The notes under the pieces are model-generated. The model was not told the origin of the DNA, did not search any database, and saw only the letters and a list, made by a program, of their open reading frames with translations. A program made the position numbers and the translations under genes. A stretch of DNA of 63,911 nt, the filler included, from Collodictyon triciliatum (taxonomy: Eukaryota), in assembly GCA_043381765.1 (NCBI GenBank). It is 13 parts of 13 records of this genome, joined end to end, with 100 filler letters (N's around TTAATTAATTAA, not from the genome) between each part and the next. Parts side by side here need not be neighbours in the genome. Positions count along the whole stretch, not along the records: positions 15,622 to 20,724 come from JBHJMP010005483.1; positions 20,825 to 25,925 come from JBHJMP010005484.1; positions 26,026 to 31,126 come from JBHJMP010005485.1; positions 31,227 to 36,325 come from JBHJMP010005486.1; 9 more parts are not named here. One strand, written 5' to 3'. Positions 20,370-33,376 of this stretch are shown piece by piece (position 1 is the first letter of the stretch; every line of letters starts with the position of its first letter).

Positions 20370-20724
20370 TTCATTATTCATTATTCATTATTCATTATTC
20401 ATTATTCATTATTCATTATTCATTATTCATTATTCATTATTCATTATTCATTATTCATTACTCATTATTCATTATTCATTATTCATTATTCATTATTCAT
20501 TATTCATTACTCATTATTCATTATTCATTATTCATTATTCATTATTCATTATTCATTATTCATTATTCATTATTCATTATTCATTATTCATTACTCATTA
20601 TTCATTACTCATTATTCATTACTCATTATTCATTATTCATTATTCATTATTCATTATTCATTATTCATTATTCATTATTCATTATTCATTATTCATTATT
20701 CATTATTCATTATTCATTACTCAT
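20370..20724 (+). repeat. (TCATTAT)n heptamer microsatellite
   Basis: Long tandem array running into the contig end. Most contig ends in this window stop in similar simple repeats. Confidence 0.95.
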
Positions 20725-21000
20725 NNNNNNNNNNNNNNNNNNNNNNNNNNNNNNNNNNNNNNNNNNNNTTAATTAATTAANNNNNNNNNNNNNNNNNNNN
20801 NNNNNNNNNNNNNNNNNNNNNNNNTTCTTCTTTTTCTTCTTCTTTTTCTTCTTCTTTTTCTTCTTCTTTTTCTTCTTCTTTTTCTTCTTCTTTTTCTTCT
20901 TCTTTTTCTTCTTCTTTTTCTTCTTCTTCTTCTTTTTCTTCTTCTTCTTCTTCTTCTTTTTCTTGTTTCTTATAGGACTGTTATATTTCATATTTGCTTA

Positions 21001-21514
21001 CCCGAGGAATCTCCGCAAATGCAACACAGTAGATGAATATTGGGAAAAACTCGTCCGCACCTGAGAGTTACTGTTACTTTAATCCTTTTCAACTTCTTTA
21101 CTTGTAAACTGGAATAATAAACTGTACACTTTATTGCAATACAAATGCAGTCATAAAAAAAATGAAACACCATTGAGAAAGAAAAAAAGAAGGAAGAGGG
21201 GACGGGAGAAATAAATACGTTGTTGAATTCAGGTGGAAGATTGCAAATAAAGATGGCGAAAAAAGGGCAACATACTCATCCCTTCCATAGCGCCAGTAGC
21301 TTTGAAGTGTTTTGCGATATTTTTGGCCGCAAGAAAAATGCAGTTTAGCATATCAGTGGGAACCTGCAGGTCGTAAAACAGAGGGGGAAAGTTGGTTTAA
21401 AAAAAACCTTCGTTGCAGTCGTAAACGTCTTCAATTAACGGAGAATATGTATACACGAGGAGAAAGATGAGAAACCCACAAGGAAACTTATCGAGCAATA
21501 TGTGTCATACCAAA

Positions 21515-21606
<92 letters not shown>

Positions 21607-24600
21607 ATCGATTACACAATGAAGGTTGCAATCTGTCAACATAAGTGACGTTTCCATAAAGCATCTCTTTGCAATTTCTTCGTTACCGAAGAGCTAAAAA
21701 AAAAAAACATATGGCTGATTGAAAAGCGGTCATTTTTCTTCTTCAAGTGGACAATAGTTTGATATCATTTCTTGTCTATTCAAGTTGTAAATGGGTGCTG
21801 AACAAAATGAAATGAAATGGCGGTTTGAACAGGATATGACATATTTCACAAACGATACCAAGAGGAAAAATACCTTAATGCTCACATCTAAATCTTCGTA
21901 TGGGAGTGTACGAATCCACCGGATTTTCTGAGACCAATCAAGGTCAAGTGACCTTTCTTCATCTCTGTTTTCAGGATGATATTGGTTATAAAATCAGTTT
22001 CAAAAAAAAAACACATCATGCCATATTTGCTACGGAAAATAAATAATAGCGTTTAAATAACTCTTAAGGAATAGTATAAAAACATGTTTATGCTCGAAAT
22101 GGTACACTAACGTTTCGTAGAGTCTGCAAAATGAGATGATTCGTGGGTATATCGTCCGGTAAAGATACAATCTCAGAGTTGATCTTTCTTTATTCTCTGA
22201 TAGATTGCACAATTTCAGAATGTGCTCTGCAAAATCCTGCAAGATAGAAGAAAAAAAGGCTCTCAACAATCATGAGAAATGTACTGGCATTGTTACATAA
22301 CTCTCGTAATACTACTCCTTAAACTGCTTCGCCCACTTTTAAATGAAAAATGCAAATTTTGTGCAATATAGCAATGAGGTTAATATGAATGAGAATGAAA
22401 CATTAAGAAACAACGAAACATCTGTCGGGTTGATTGCATGCTGGCCCTTCTCATGAAGAAAGTCCACCAATTGTTGAATTCTGCAGCCTATGCGATGATT
22501 CCTTAATAGTTTCAATTGTTGTATAACCTTCTCCATTATCAGTAATCAAAAGCAACCTTCTGCTGTTCTTTGATCCAGAATAAGCTGCTCAAAGCATCTC
22601 TGCATGTTGTCGTCATACTTGTGAAATCCAATCTCCAGTGAATGTTGTGTCGACCGGAGGATTTCCCTTTTTTTTAGAAAAATAATTTATTTTAAACAAA
22701 AAAAATCATGTTACTGACTTGTATGTGAGGAAGAAATAATGGGATAATCAGAAATAGGCACCATAAACGATTAGATGAATGTGAATCAAAGAGACAGAAA
22801 TTATGCGCATATGAGTCACCTCAATTAATTTACCAACAAAAAAAAAAGCAACTAAAATTAAGCAAACACCCTCGATAAAGATTTCTTTTTCCTTCTGTCC
22901 AGAGTCTCAGATAAGATGGAGATTGTGCTGCTTTTTTTTTTTTGTGTGTAATCGTACCTGAGTGCATCGTAGCGCAAATGAGTCGATGGTATATTTTTAC
23001 GAACAGAATTCCATAAAGGACCCATCCTCAATATCTTCTTATCAAGGAACTGGTATAAAAATGAATTATCGATTTTAGCACATCGGTTGAAGGTGATGAC
23101 TTCGATATTTTATATGGTATGGAATGAAAAATCATAGAATAGCCGTCCAATTTCGCAAGCACCTCAATCATCATTGCTAATTCTTTACACCGAGAATCAT
23201 TTTGTATCAAGCTGGAGGTATCCGGAATTCGTGGGACACTATAAGTCTATATTATCATATGTTTCAGTACTATCGTAAACTGAAGTTGGGTCGAAGGGTG
23301 TACGATTGGATTGTAATACATCATACTACCATTATGAAATCACATTATAGATGAAAAGTGAAGAAAAGGAATTATGGGCATGCTTTATTAAATGGATATT
23401 AATATATGAATAAAAAAATCGTGGCATTAACGTACTCCCTTTCGTTCCTTGACGTAAGTGATGATAGATTCGTGAACGCCTTTTAGCAGATCGATAGAAA
23501 TTTGTAGTAATTTGATACGATTACACAAAGCCAAGTACCGATATTGTCCGTAAGTCTGGCATCTGTCAATAAATTAATTAAGAAGGAGCACAATCAAATC
23601 GCTAGAGAATATATATTCAAGATTGACATGTTCTTATTATACATAAATATAGGGGGTTCGAAAAATATAATACGTGGGTAAAAGTTGGAATGCATTCCAG
23701 GATTTGACCAGTCCAACCTCAGTAGCTATCTGTGAGAGGGATAAATAGCAAATTGTTCATCACCAATGTTCTTTTTTTAAAAAAAAAAAGTAGTAAATGG
23801 AAAAAAATTAAAGATGTTACTTCGTTCTTCAAAACAGATATTTTTTTGTGTAGGTCTCGCAGCATGCCTTCTCTTTTGTTAATTGAATACCGGTACATAA
23901 ATCCTACTTTTTCTAGCCCATATCGGGACATTGTAACCTATTAGAACACAATTTGATGAGAGATAATTCGATAAATTATATGGTGTTATCTTTCTGATCG
24001 CAACGTAAATTAGAGAAGCATAACCCCTTTAAAAAAAAAATTGAACAAAAAGTACCAAAGGAGGAAATCCAATTACAAAGATATGTATCAAAATACTATT
24101 ATAAAAAATTAATTATGTTTGTCAATTGGACCCATAATCGTAGTGCTCTTGTTCATACCTGTCCGTCAACAAGGCGGGTTGAACCGCTATCGGAACTTGG
24201 TATGCTTCTGAAAGAACCACTCAATCGATCTGTGAATAGTAGAGTATCAGCTACGTATTAAGACTCAAACCTGACATGACGATGGCTTATTTCACGCGTA
24301 GATAAAATATCGACATGATGCAAATAGTCTCAAAGTTCAAATGCCTTCAAACTTTTTTTTGGAATCAAATAATTACAAGAGCGGGGCAAGATAGGGGATA
24401 GGGTCAAAAAGGATTCATTCATAGTAGAGAAACCACATACTAGAGTGACTGCGCATTCGCAGCGGCACAGTGGTAGCGGATGCAAAAGAAGCCTCGTAAT
24501 CAGAGCCATGTGATGTATTGAGCAAATCCGTACCACTGGGCGAGCGTGACGGACTGATGCCAGAGTAAGTATCAGGCGTAAAGAATGTGCCCGCATTTGC

Positions 24601-25761
24601 CGAATTCCCACCAAAGATAATCTCCGAGAATGAACTCGACTTTGCATTTGAATGCGAGGCGGACCTTCGACGAAGGGCAAAGTTTTTAATATCTCTCGGC
24701 TTGGTCGCAGGCAACTCATCACACTTCAAACCACCGTTTTCATGCCCATCATCTTCATGCTTCATGTGTGTCTGTGTTGTGGGACTTGAGCCTGGGCTGA
24801 ACTCCGAGCCCGAACTTGCTTCGAGCGGTGCTTTGTTCGGCGGAGGCGTCATTAAGTCGATTGCGGAGCTCCAGAGACGAGCACCACTTGGCCCAAAGTC
24901 TGGATTAGCGGGTTCGCCCTGTCGAGAATCACCATCGTTGTCGCTTGTGTTTGAGCCTGTGGTTATGTTGGAGTTGATGTTTTGTGGGAATGCATCTGTA
25001 TCGTCAATGGTAGGCAAATCAAGCAACAACGACTGAACAGAGAGGCTGTGCAACTCCGGCTGGGCCGTGTGCAGAAAAGCTGATTCGCTTTGACAGGAGG
25101 CAGAGAACTCGTCCAAAGCGCTTTGGAAGCTTTGATGTCCGGATGAGGTTGACGAAGTCGAAAATGCACGGGAAGAACGCGCGCCTTCGTCTTTGCTGCT
25201 GTTGTTTGTCCCTACAGTTCGCCATAATTGCCGGAGCTGCTTTGCATCGCGAGCGAGGATGCAGAGTCTCGACTGCGACTCGGTTTCGTCTGCGCATGAG
25301 TAGTAATCGGCACAGTCGGTCTCTGCCTCGTGGGGATCGGCAGACGCGCTTTGCTGTTCGATTAGGGCGGCCTTATTTGCGTGTGATGGGCGCAGAGAAT
25401 CAGGGATGGTGGATGCAGAAGACAAAGGCGATGTATGAATCGCATCGATGTGAGGCTGTTTGGGACGGGCGCGGCTGAAAAAGCGGCTCATTTGGACGGC
25501 AAAGTCATGGTCCTCATCCATGCGTCTAAGTTGGCCGTGGTCTATGGTTGAGGAGCGGTTTTTGATGGTGGTGTTTGGATGGTGTGTGGATTGCAGCGGA
25601 GATGCAGTTGGGCTCTGTGCGAGGAAGAGCAACGGTTGTGTCGGTGCAGAGTGCGGGGATTCGCTCTGTGGTGATGCTTTCGGGTGCTTTGGTATATCCG
25701 CGGTGCTTGTGTGGTGGAGGGACGTGCCTCTCTGGCGCAGTTGGCTGGGCGGGGTGGTCAT
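21001..25761 (-). CDS. VPS9-domain Rab5-family GEF with long disordered N-terminus, many exons, 3' truncated
   Basis: Large first exon about 24434-25761. Distal exons VPTDMLNCIFLAAKNI (about 21277-21363) and GADEFFPIFIYCVAFAEIPR (21001-21060) match the VPS9 catalytic motif GADD.LP. Confidence 0.8.
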
Positions 25762-26025
25762 TCTGGGGTAGTTGATATGAGGTTTTTTGTTTGTTTGTTT
25801 TGGTTTTTTTGTTTTTTGTTTTTTGTTTTTTGTTTTTTGTTTTTTGTTTTTTGTTTTTTGTTTTTTGTTTTTTGTTTTTTGTTTTTTGTTTTTATTTGTT
25901 TTTATTTGTTTTTATTTGTTTTTATNNNNNNNNNNNNNNNNNNNNNNNNNNNNNNNNNNNNNNNNNNNNTTAATTAATTAANNNNNNNNNNNNNNNNNNN
26001 NNNNNNNNNNNNNNNNNNNNNNNNN

Positions 26026-26120
<95 letters not shown>

Positions 26121-26179
26121 TGATTAAATATATCTAGTTATGACTATATACTCTTTTCTTTTTCTTTTTTGAACTTTAG

Positions 26180-26849
26180 AATTTATATCAATACATTCAA
26201 GATGAACATAGAGTCAAGTTAAAGAAAGATATGGACGTGTCTTCATGGTAGTTACTTTTTGGGAGTATATCTCTCTTCACAGTTTTATCATAGACCATTA
26301 GTTAATTTTATTTATTTTTTGCACATATGAGGCATATTTTATTATTATTATTATTTTTTTTTTTTGCTTTTGTTTTTTATTTTGTAAAAAGAAAGGAGAT
26401 TAAAACTAACTTGAAGAATCTAGGACTCTAGTTGATATGTCCCCAGATGTACCGCAGCAAGATAATTGTAACGATTGTGGTGTTTTTGCCTGTAAATTTG
26501 CCGAGCGTGTCAGCATGAACGAACCTCTAATTTTTAGTCAGGTAATCATGTCCATCCGCTGAACGACATAACAACTGTATTTTATCAACCCGTGGTTGGG
26601 CTTTGTAGAACGTCACGATGATATCATCCTTTCATGTCATAAAAGAGTCGACAATTCCGTGTCACGCATTTAATGATTTCGTACTCACTCATACTTATTC
26701 CTTTTTGTTTTGCTTTGTTTTGCTTTGTTCTATTTTATTTTATTCTCTGCTGCATAATCCCATACCAGCGAGATATTCAGAATATCCGAAAACTCATGCA
26801 GTTTCAAATCATTACCGGAGTTCTGCTGAACTCCCCGTTGAATGACTAG
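26180..26849 (+). CDS. Ulp1/SENP (peptidase C48) protease, 3' exons only
   Basis: Exons about 26180-26247 (LYQYIQDEHR), 26424-26541 (VPQQDNCNDCGVFACKFAE..FSQ) and 26769-26849 (RDIQNIRKLM...*). Confidence 0.88.
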
Positions 26850-26885
26850 TGAATAAAAGTATATTCTGCTCTACACACTGATGCA

Positions 26886-27020
26886 CGTTTATTTTCAGTA
26901 CTAGAAAGGGTATACCAATCGAAAATTTTGGTAAACCTGGTGCGCTAGTATCCAAGGTCTCATCACTTTTTTCACAAAGATAGTCCAGTGGTGAAGGCTG
27001 TCAGGAAAGACCCAACAGCC
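26886..27020 (-). ncRNA. Putative Fanzor omegaRNA, copy A (scaffold ending at CTAG 26901, guide from the flank)
   Basis: Overlaps and follows the Fanzor stop codon. The 29-nt block 26933-26961 is identical to 52647-52675. Several hairpins are conserved between copies. Boundaries are inferred. Confidence 0.7.
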
Positions 27021-28906
27021 TGTTTTTTAGATGAAAATGTATGCATATTTTGAAGGATAAAAAGAACTTTGTTGAGTATATTTTTAGCGCTGTTAAAGTC
27101 CCTTGTCAAGAATACACTTTGTTTGCTTTCTGAGCGATTCCATTCTTTACATATGAGACATCTATACAACACTTTTTTTGAATTTCCTTTCGGTCTCATA
27201 TATCCCAGTTTCTTTTCGCAGTTGCGGCACATCTTGGAGGTTCTAAATTCATTTACACTAACTGTTTCAAAGCGATAGGATTATATTTTTTTGTAATCCT
27301 CTTCCGATTGTTGGCATAAAATGTTTCATCTGACATTTTCTGCTACAGTTTTCATACGCCAGTACAACATCCTTGCCAAATGTCTTTTCGATTCGGTCCA
27401 TAAACAATTGTTCACTTCTTTTTGTATTAACATACTGTCTCCATCTCATCTTTCGAAAAGTTATCATGTTCATAAAATCTGGATAATTCTATCTGGAATC
27501 TTGATTTCATATACATGTTTTCGAAATTTTTCATAATCGACGGTACATGAATTATGTTTACTCAGTTCTGTCTCTAAATCGATTAAAGATACTCTTGACG
27601 TCTCAAACTGCTAATTCTCTTCGAAAGTTATGACACCAAAAAAAAACAGCACTTTGTAAACCTGTTGCTATGCATATCCCTAAAGCATTGCACTTTTTTT
27701 TCTTGCGCAAGAGTATTTTGTGATTTTTTCGAGATTTGCTATCGTGTCTTCTTTGGTGAGCCGTGTAACGTAATTTCTTACCTGTCCCATCCACATGTAA
27801 ACCAAATTAAACTTGCCTGCGTCCACTCCAACTATTTTTTTTTTTTTTACGCTAATAAAGATAACTGCTCTTCGGAAAGTTCATCTATATAAACATATTT
27901 TTGGGTCTTTTGATTATATTTGGATTTTGGATTTGAAATACCTTTCTTTTTAAACAATAATGACACCGCCAAGCTGTCTGTTTGTATCATATGTTTAAAA
28001 ATGTAGTCTGTTTGATGAAAGACCCTCTTCTTCATTTCAAATAAGTCATCCCATAGTGTCTCTTTGCATCCTGATACATTCTTCAGTAGTGATGCTTTTT
28101 CAGTTGATACTAATATATCTATCAAACATGCGATATCTAGAGTAATATGACATGGAAAATTGTTAGTTCTTTTAGGGATTGGTTGATACTTTTTGATTCC
28201 AATGTCCTCAAAAATGTGATTCATGTAAATCAGACATGGAATGTACTTATTTGGATTGACTTTGACGTCATATTCGATACCATTTACAATATCGCTGGGA
28301 ATGATATGATGCAAATGCGTTATAGCCCATTCTTTGTATTGTTCCGATATTTCGAGATTCTTGAAGATGGCTTTTTTTTAACTTTCGTAACTCTGCCTTT
28401 TTAATAGCTTCTGTAACATTCTCATCTTTAGGAACTGTTTGATTTATAAAGCGCAGTAACCTCTTTACAAAATGTTCCTTAATGTTATTATGATAAGCTG
28501 TTAACATTTGCTTCGCCAAGTACGGTAATAGTGAGACAGTCTAACCAACGGAAAACGTTCTTCTCGGGACAAAATATATCGAAAATCATTGAGATAAAAA
28601 GTTATAAAGTCTTTACTCAAACCTGGATGGTTTAAAATTGTGGATATCTTGTGAAACAAGTCCGAGTGTCTTTAAAGCTTCAAAAAAAAACATTTCATCG
28701 ATTGTTGGGACTTGTGATTTCAATATGTAACATCTTGCAAACAGATAAGTGTCGGTAACCAAATTATGACACAATAAAACCGTATAATTGATTTTGTCAT
28801 AGTCATCCGTATTCTTTACAATCAACTTTAGAGATATTTTCACATTTGGATAGTCTGGTTTTACAGACTTTGGATTCTCAGACTCAAGACGGTTTCTTTT
28901 CTTTAT
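26972..28906 (-). pseudogene. Fanzor1 (TnpB-like RuvC nuclease), frameshifted, copy A
   Basis: Joined frames give VKISLKLIVKN, MLTAYHNNIKEHFVKRLLRFIN, YQPIPKRTN, HMIQTDSLAVSLLF, RuvC-I IVGVDAGK, RuvC-II VNEFRTSKMC, zinc finger CRNC/CLIC and RuvC-III TRDFNSAKNI. Confidence 0.92.
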
Positions 28907-28986
28907 CTGAAAGTCTTTGTTTTACTTTTTCCTTTAGAAAACTACCGAGTTTTCAATTGTAATAAGACTTTAGTCATTCCAAGTCA

Positions 28987-29830
28987 TTTTTTTCCCCCTT
29001 TGTTCGATTCAAAGGACGAGGTTATGCCTACAAAGGGCAAGATAGGTCGTACGATAGAGCAAACGCGAGTAGGAGAAGACACTACCGTGGAGAGGGTAGC
29101 ACTGGAAAGAAGTCAGTGATAGCGAGCTGGTCAGGTGGGCATCCCAACTGGTTGATTGGCTGCGTGGGTAGCAGGGGTTGGATATGCTGTGAGATATCTT
29201 TCGACATATTCCCACATCTCTCTTCGCTTGCGGTCACAGTAGCGAAGAATGCGAGCGTGTTTCAGCAGGCTGTTCAGGAAACTGTATTGCACGAGGCTTT
29301 CCAGCCTGGATATATTGATTTCTCGTTCGGGTCGAATCATTAGAGCGATAAAATGCACGCACACTCCATAAGGACTACAGCATATGTCCCCTTGTGACTG
29401 TCCAGAGTATTCTAGAGTCATAGGCCATTTGGTATTGTGCACCAAACAGGATGTCAGACGCGCTGAGTCGATTGGGAGCATAATCAAGCTCAGAGAGTAT
29501 CTTGTGGGTAGATTCTGACACTTTTGGAGCCAGAGCACTTCACAAATGTGTGTTCGATAGAGGTCGTCTCCACTATGGCACATGGTGCATTCTGGAGAGG
29601 TCGTTGCTGCCTGGACTACGCGCGCACCTATCCACGGCTCTCTGTTGGAGATATTGAGAAGTAGGGCGCGGTGTTTCGGGAGTAACTGAGATATGCGGGC
29701 TTGCTTCCAGTTTTTGACTATCGGCGGGTCTATAATGCCTATAGTTTCGGCCCAACAACTCATCTTCTCCGGTTTGTAGGGATTCAGGCTGATGATTTTA
29801 TATCGAAATAGCTTGGAATATGAAATGGCA
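28987..29830 (-). mobile_element. 5'-truncated non-LTR retrotransposon (LINE) nested in Fanzor element copy A
   Basis: Absent from copy B. Encodes a zf-RVT-like C-terminus (EPWIG..ECTMCHSGDDLYRTHIC). The 3' UTR matches 62078-62213 and ends in a stem-loop plus A tail. Confidence 0.8.
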
Positions 29831-31030
29831 AGAATCAATTTAGGTGAAATTAAGCATCTACCGAGACTCTCAAATTGTGCGCATTGTGGCAAACTGACAC
29901 ACGAAGTTTTTTTTTTTTTGTATGTGATTTGAGGCGAAACGCTGAGAGTCGATTCGGCGTGTTCGAAAGGACGGTCGCATAGCGATTGTGACTGAAAGTC
30001 AACAAACCGGCCCCAACCAACATGATCACCACCGCAAGTGTGGATAGTATACTTTTTTTGAAATGCATGTTTGGTGGCAGGTTTATAGGGTTGGGTTCTG
30101 TCTGGGCGAGGGAAAGGCTTGTTTGTAATTTTTGAATTTGTGAATTAATATTACAGAATGGAAAATAAAAATAAAATCTAAATTAATTACAGGAATATAA
30201 TGAGATTATTAATTATTTTGTAACTTCATTACATACTAATCATATTTTTATACTATTCAGGTTGTTTCTTGGATTCATCAAAGCTCCTGCTTTTCTCAAT
30301 CCAGATTTAATTCGATGATTGTCTGTGTAATAAATTCTTATATATATATATATATGGGTACACTTTCGTTGTATAAAAAGTGTTGTGCTTGAAAGGGATA
30401 AAAACAAGTTCGTCACAACCTTTGTAATGAAGTTTATCCATTTACAGGCTGAATGAGACCGAAGAAGAGAAGAAAAATAGAAAAGAAAAATAGAAAAGAA
30501 AAATAGAAAAGAAAAATAGAAAAGAAAAAAGAAAAAAGAAAAAAGAAAAAAGAAAAAAGAAAAAGAAAAAGAAAAAATTAAAAAGAAAAATAAATGAATC
30601 AGAGTAACTGATATTGAGCACTATATTCATACTTATCTTGCTCCCTGTGGGTTGATGGCTACAGCATGAATCCTACTAACCCTTTCTCCAGTAGCCTCTT
30701 TTTCTCTCGCTACCCGTGGGACGACGGCTTCAGCTCGCTCCGTCTTTTTTTCCCATTATTATATGTTTCAATTTCCTCGATGCGTCTTATTCATATGTTG
30801 TTGCACTCACAGGTCGGTGGCAGCTGGCGTCTGGATCGTCGGTGTGTCTCGGTGCATAACTTGTGTTGCAAAGGATGTGGTAAAGTGACCTTTTTGCTCC
30901 TTGGGTCGGCTGCGTCGGCTTTCTCGGTTTGCGAACGGTCAGTAGGCATTCCATGGAGCAGGGCTGTGTTGCTGGTCTCCTGGAAGGCGGTCTCGTACTT
31001 CTCAGGATCGCTCATTTCGATCGCTTGCGT

Positions 31031-31126
<96 letters not shown>

Positions 31127-31389
31127 NNNNNNNNNNNNNNNNNNNNNNNNNNNNNNNNNNNNNNNNNNNNTTAATTAATTAANNNNNNNNNNNNNNNNNN
31201 NNNNNNNNNNNNNNNNNNNNNNNNNNTTTCTTCTTTTCTTCTTTTCTTCTTTTCTTCTTTTCTTCTTTTCTTCTTTTCTTCTTTTCTTCTTTTCTTCTTT
31301 TCTTCTTTTCTTCTTTTCTTCTTTTTACTAACAAAAATGATATACAGCCGGACGTTAAAACCAGCCCTGAATTTTCGGAGGATAATTTT

Positions 31390-32720
31390 ACCCACCTACT
31401 TGATATCATCCAGTGTAAGAACAGCGTTTTGTGTTGCTTGGGAGATGTATCCAGTGCAATGAACGGCTCTATTCAGGTCATTAATTGCGGGCACATAAAA
31501 TTTTGATTGATTCCCACAACTCAAAAAAAAAAAAAATTAGCACAAAACATGACACATATTTATAAATTTGACTCAATGGAACAGACTCTTTTCTCATGTG
31601 ATTTCAAATAAAAAATGATAGACTTTACCTCTATCTGACAAGTTTAAGAGAAAGAGATTGACAGAGTCCCAGAAGAAGCTAACTCTTATGTCCAAAAAGG
31701 TATTTCCGTCTTGAGTCCTTCTTGTTTTATTTCATAATAAAGCGAAGAAAAAGGAAAATATCTAACCCGGTATCGATTTGGGATAATTACGCGTTATCTG
31801 CTAGATAAGCTTCTTTCTCTCCTGGGTGAATGAGCAAAACGAAAGATTTTTTCATGATATACAAAATGAACTGACTGCTTTTCTTCAAGAGCGGGCAGCA
31901 ACCCTCCGCCCCAACGACGACAGCCAGGTTATTGCATGCCATTTGAACACACAATCAACACAGAATCATCCTTTTGCCAGAATGCGAATCGATGGATGCA
32001 TACAAGATTTTGAGACGATAATTATATAAAACTTAAACTCCACTCAGCTCTATAACGATGAACATAATCACGTAATCCAGATCCGACTTCACGAACACGA
32101 CGAGATATCACCAAGCAACACCAGACAAACAAAACAACAGCGGCGCTCACAGGCCTTGATTACCGAATTGTGACGCCGAATTTTCAGAAGCGGAAAATAA
32201 AATATTTTTCCAAAATAACGGCCGTTGACCTTCCTATCTTTTCGACTCTAATAAAATTTTCTTAATGTGAGCTGTTTTGACTTGGAGGCAGTTTTCGCTC
32301 TCTAAATGGCGATTAATGTGTCCAATGGTGTGGTACGTTGGTTTCATGTCTATGTGACAGCGGAAGGGTGACTGCGAGAAAAATGAGAGAGGCGTGTCAA
32401 CAAACACAAACGAGCAGGGCAGACGACCGCGATATTTTTATTACCGAAAAGTATTATAAATATGAATATGAACACCTGCATGTTTCTCGCTAGAAGAACG
32501 TCCCACGATGGCCTCTTCGTTTCTGCCGACCCATCAAATGTCTCCACTCCAGAAGATTGTGGACATGAGCCCGACCTTCTTCCAGATGATGGTGCCTCCA
32601 CTTATTGAGCTGTACCTTCTGTTCCTTCGCTTCCGCCGCCAGCCCGTCCGCCAACAGATACTTAAGGCCCTGGGGATCATAATCTTAGTCAAGATATTCA
32701 GAAGAGCAATCCATTCCACC
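31390..32720 (-). CDS. Possible multi-exon gene of unknown function
   Basis: GC-richer blocks with GT/AG-like borders, e.g. TQDGNTFLDIRVSFFWDSVNLFLLNLSDR. No family recognised and frames are uncertain. Confidence 0.3.
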
Positions 32721-33376
32721 AGCTCTAACTAACGACTCGTCAATCAACGAAAAAGAAAAAAAAAGAAAGAAAAAGAAAAAGAAACTGGGAAAACCCAAGC
32801 GCAAACACTCTCGATTTCTGATTGGCACCCGCCACGTTTGTTTCATGTAACCAAATCCTGCCTCGAACCACTTCACCCGTATCCACGACCCACGCTTATC
32901 CAGCAGCACCACGATGGCTCTCGCCACAGACGCAGCAAGGACACACAAATGTCGACAAAAAATAAACAAACCCATAATGGACACATCGATGGCCAGACGA
33001 ATCAGAGTTTGACTACCCGCTATCGTCACTAATGCGTAGCGACCGCTTATAGTCCGGTCTCAGCAAGCGATTACTTTGTGGGTGATCGGGATATGTGAAC
33101 GCGTAGCAACAATCAGAAGGAAAAGCAGACGTGACGTGAGTGAGAACAAGAAACAAAGCAAGCGATAGATAACTAGAGTAATAGAAGGGAAATAGTCACA
33201 GCTTCAGGGATTGATGGCATTATTGTCACATTCTCAGTGTGTTGAATGTCAGCCAAAGTCGGCCAAGCTCACCCTTATTCCTTCCTTTTTTTTTTTTTTT
33301 GTTTTTTTATTGGTTTTTGTTGATGTTGTGCTAGGTAGACCGTTTTCCCTTTTGTTAGGACACGAGCAGAGGAGAG

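Larger units (their letters stand above)
26901..31031 (-). mobile_element. Fanzor-carrying element, copy A (Helitron-like 3' end; 5' end lost at contig end)
   Basis: Colinear homology with 52612-56390. The minus-strand 3' end is a hairpin, then CTAG, then T. Confidence 0.85.

Noticed and set aside
26180-26849. Ulp1 protease as cargo of the Fanzor element
   Set aside because: It lies outside the CTAG end, is convergent, is intact with its own AATAAA, and has no counterpart beside copy B. It is best read as the host gene next to the insertion.
29131-29892. 253-aa ORF as a Fanzor partner gene
   Set aside because: It is a chimera of element sequence and the nested LINE fragment, and it is absent from copy B.
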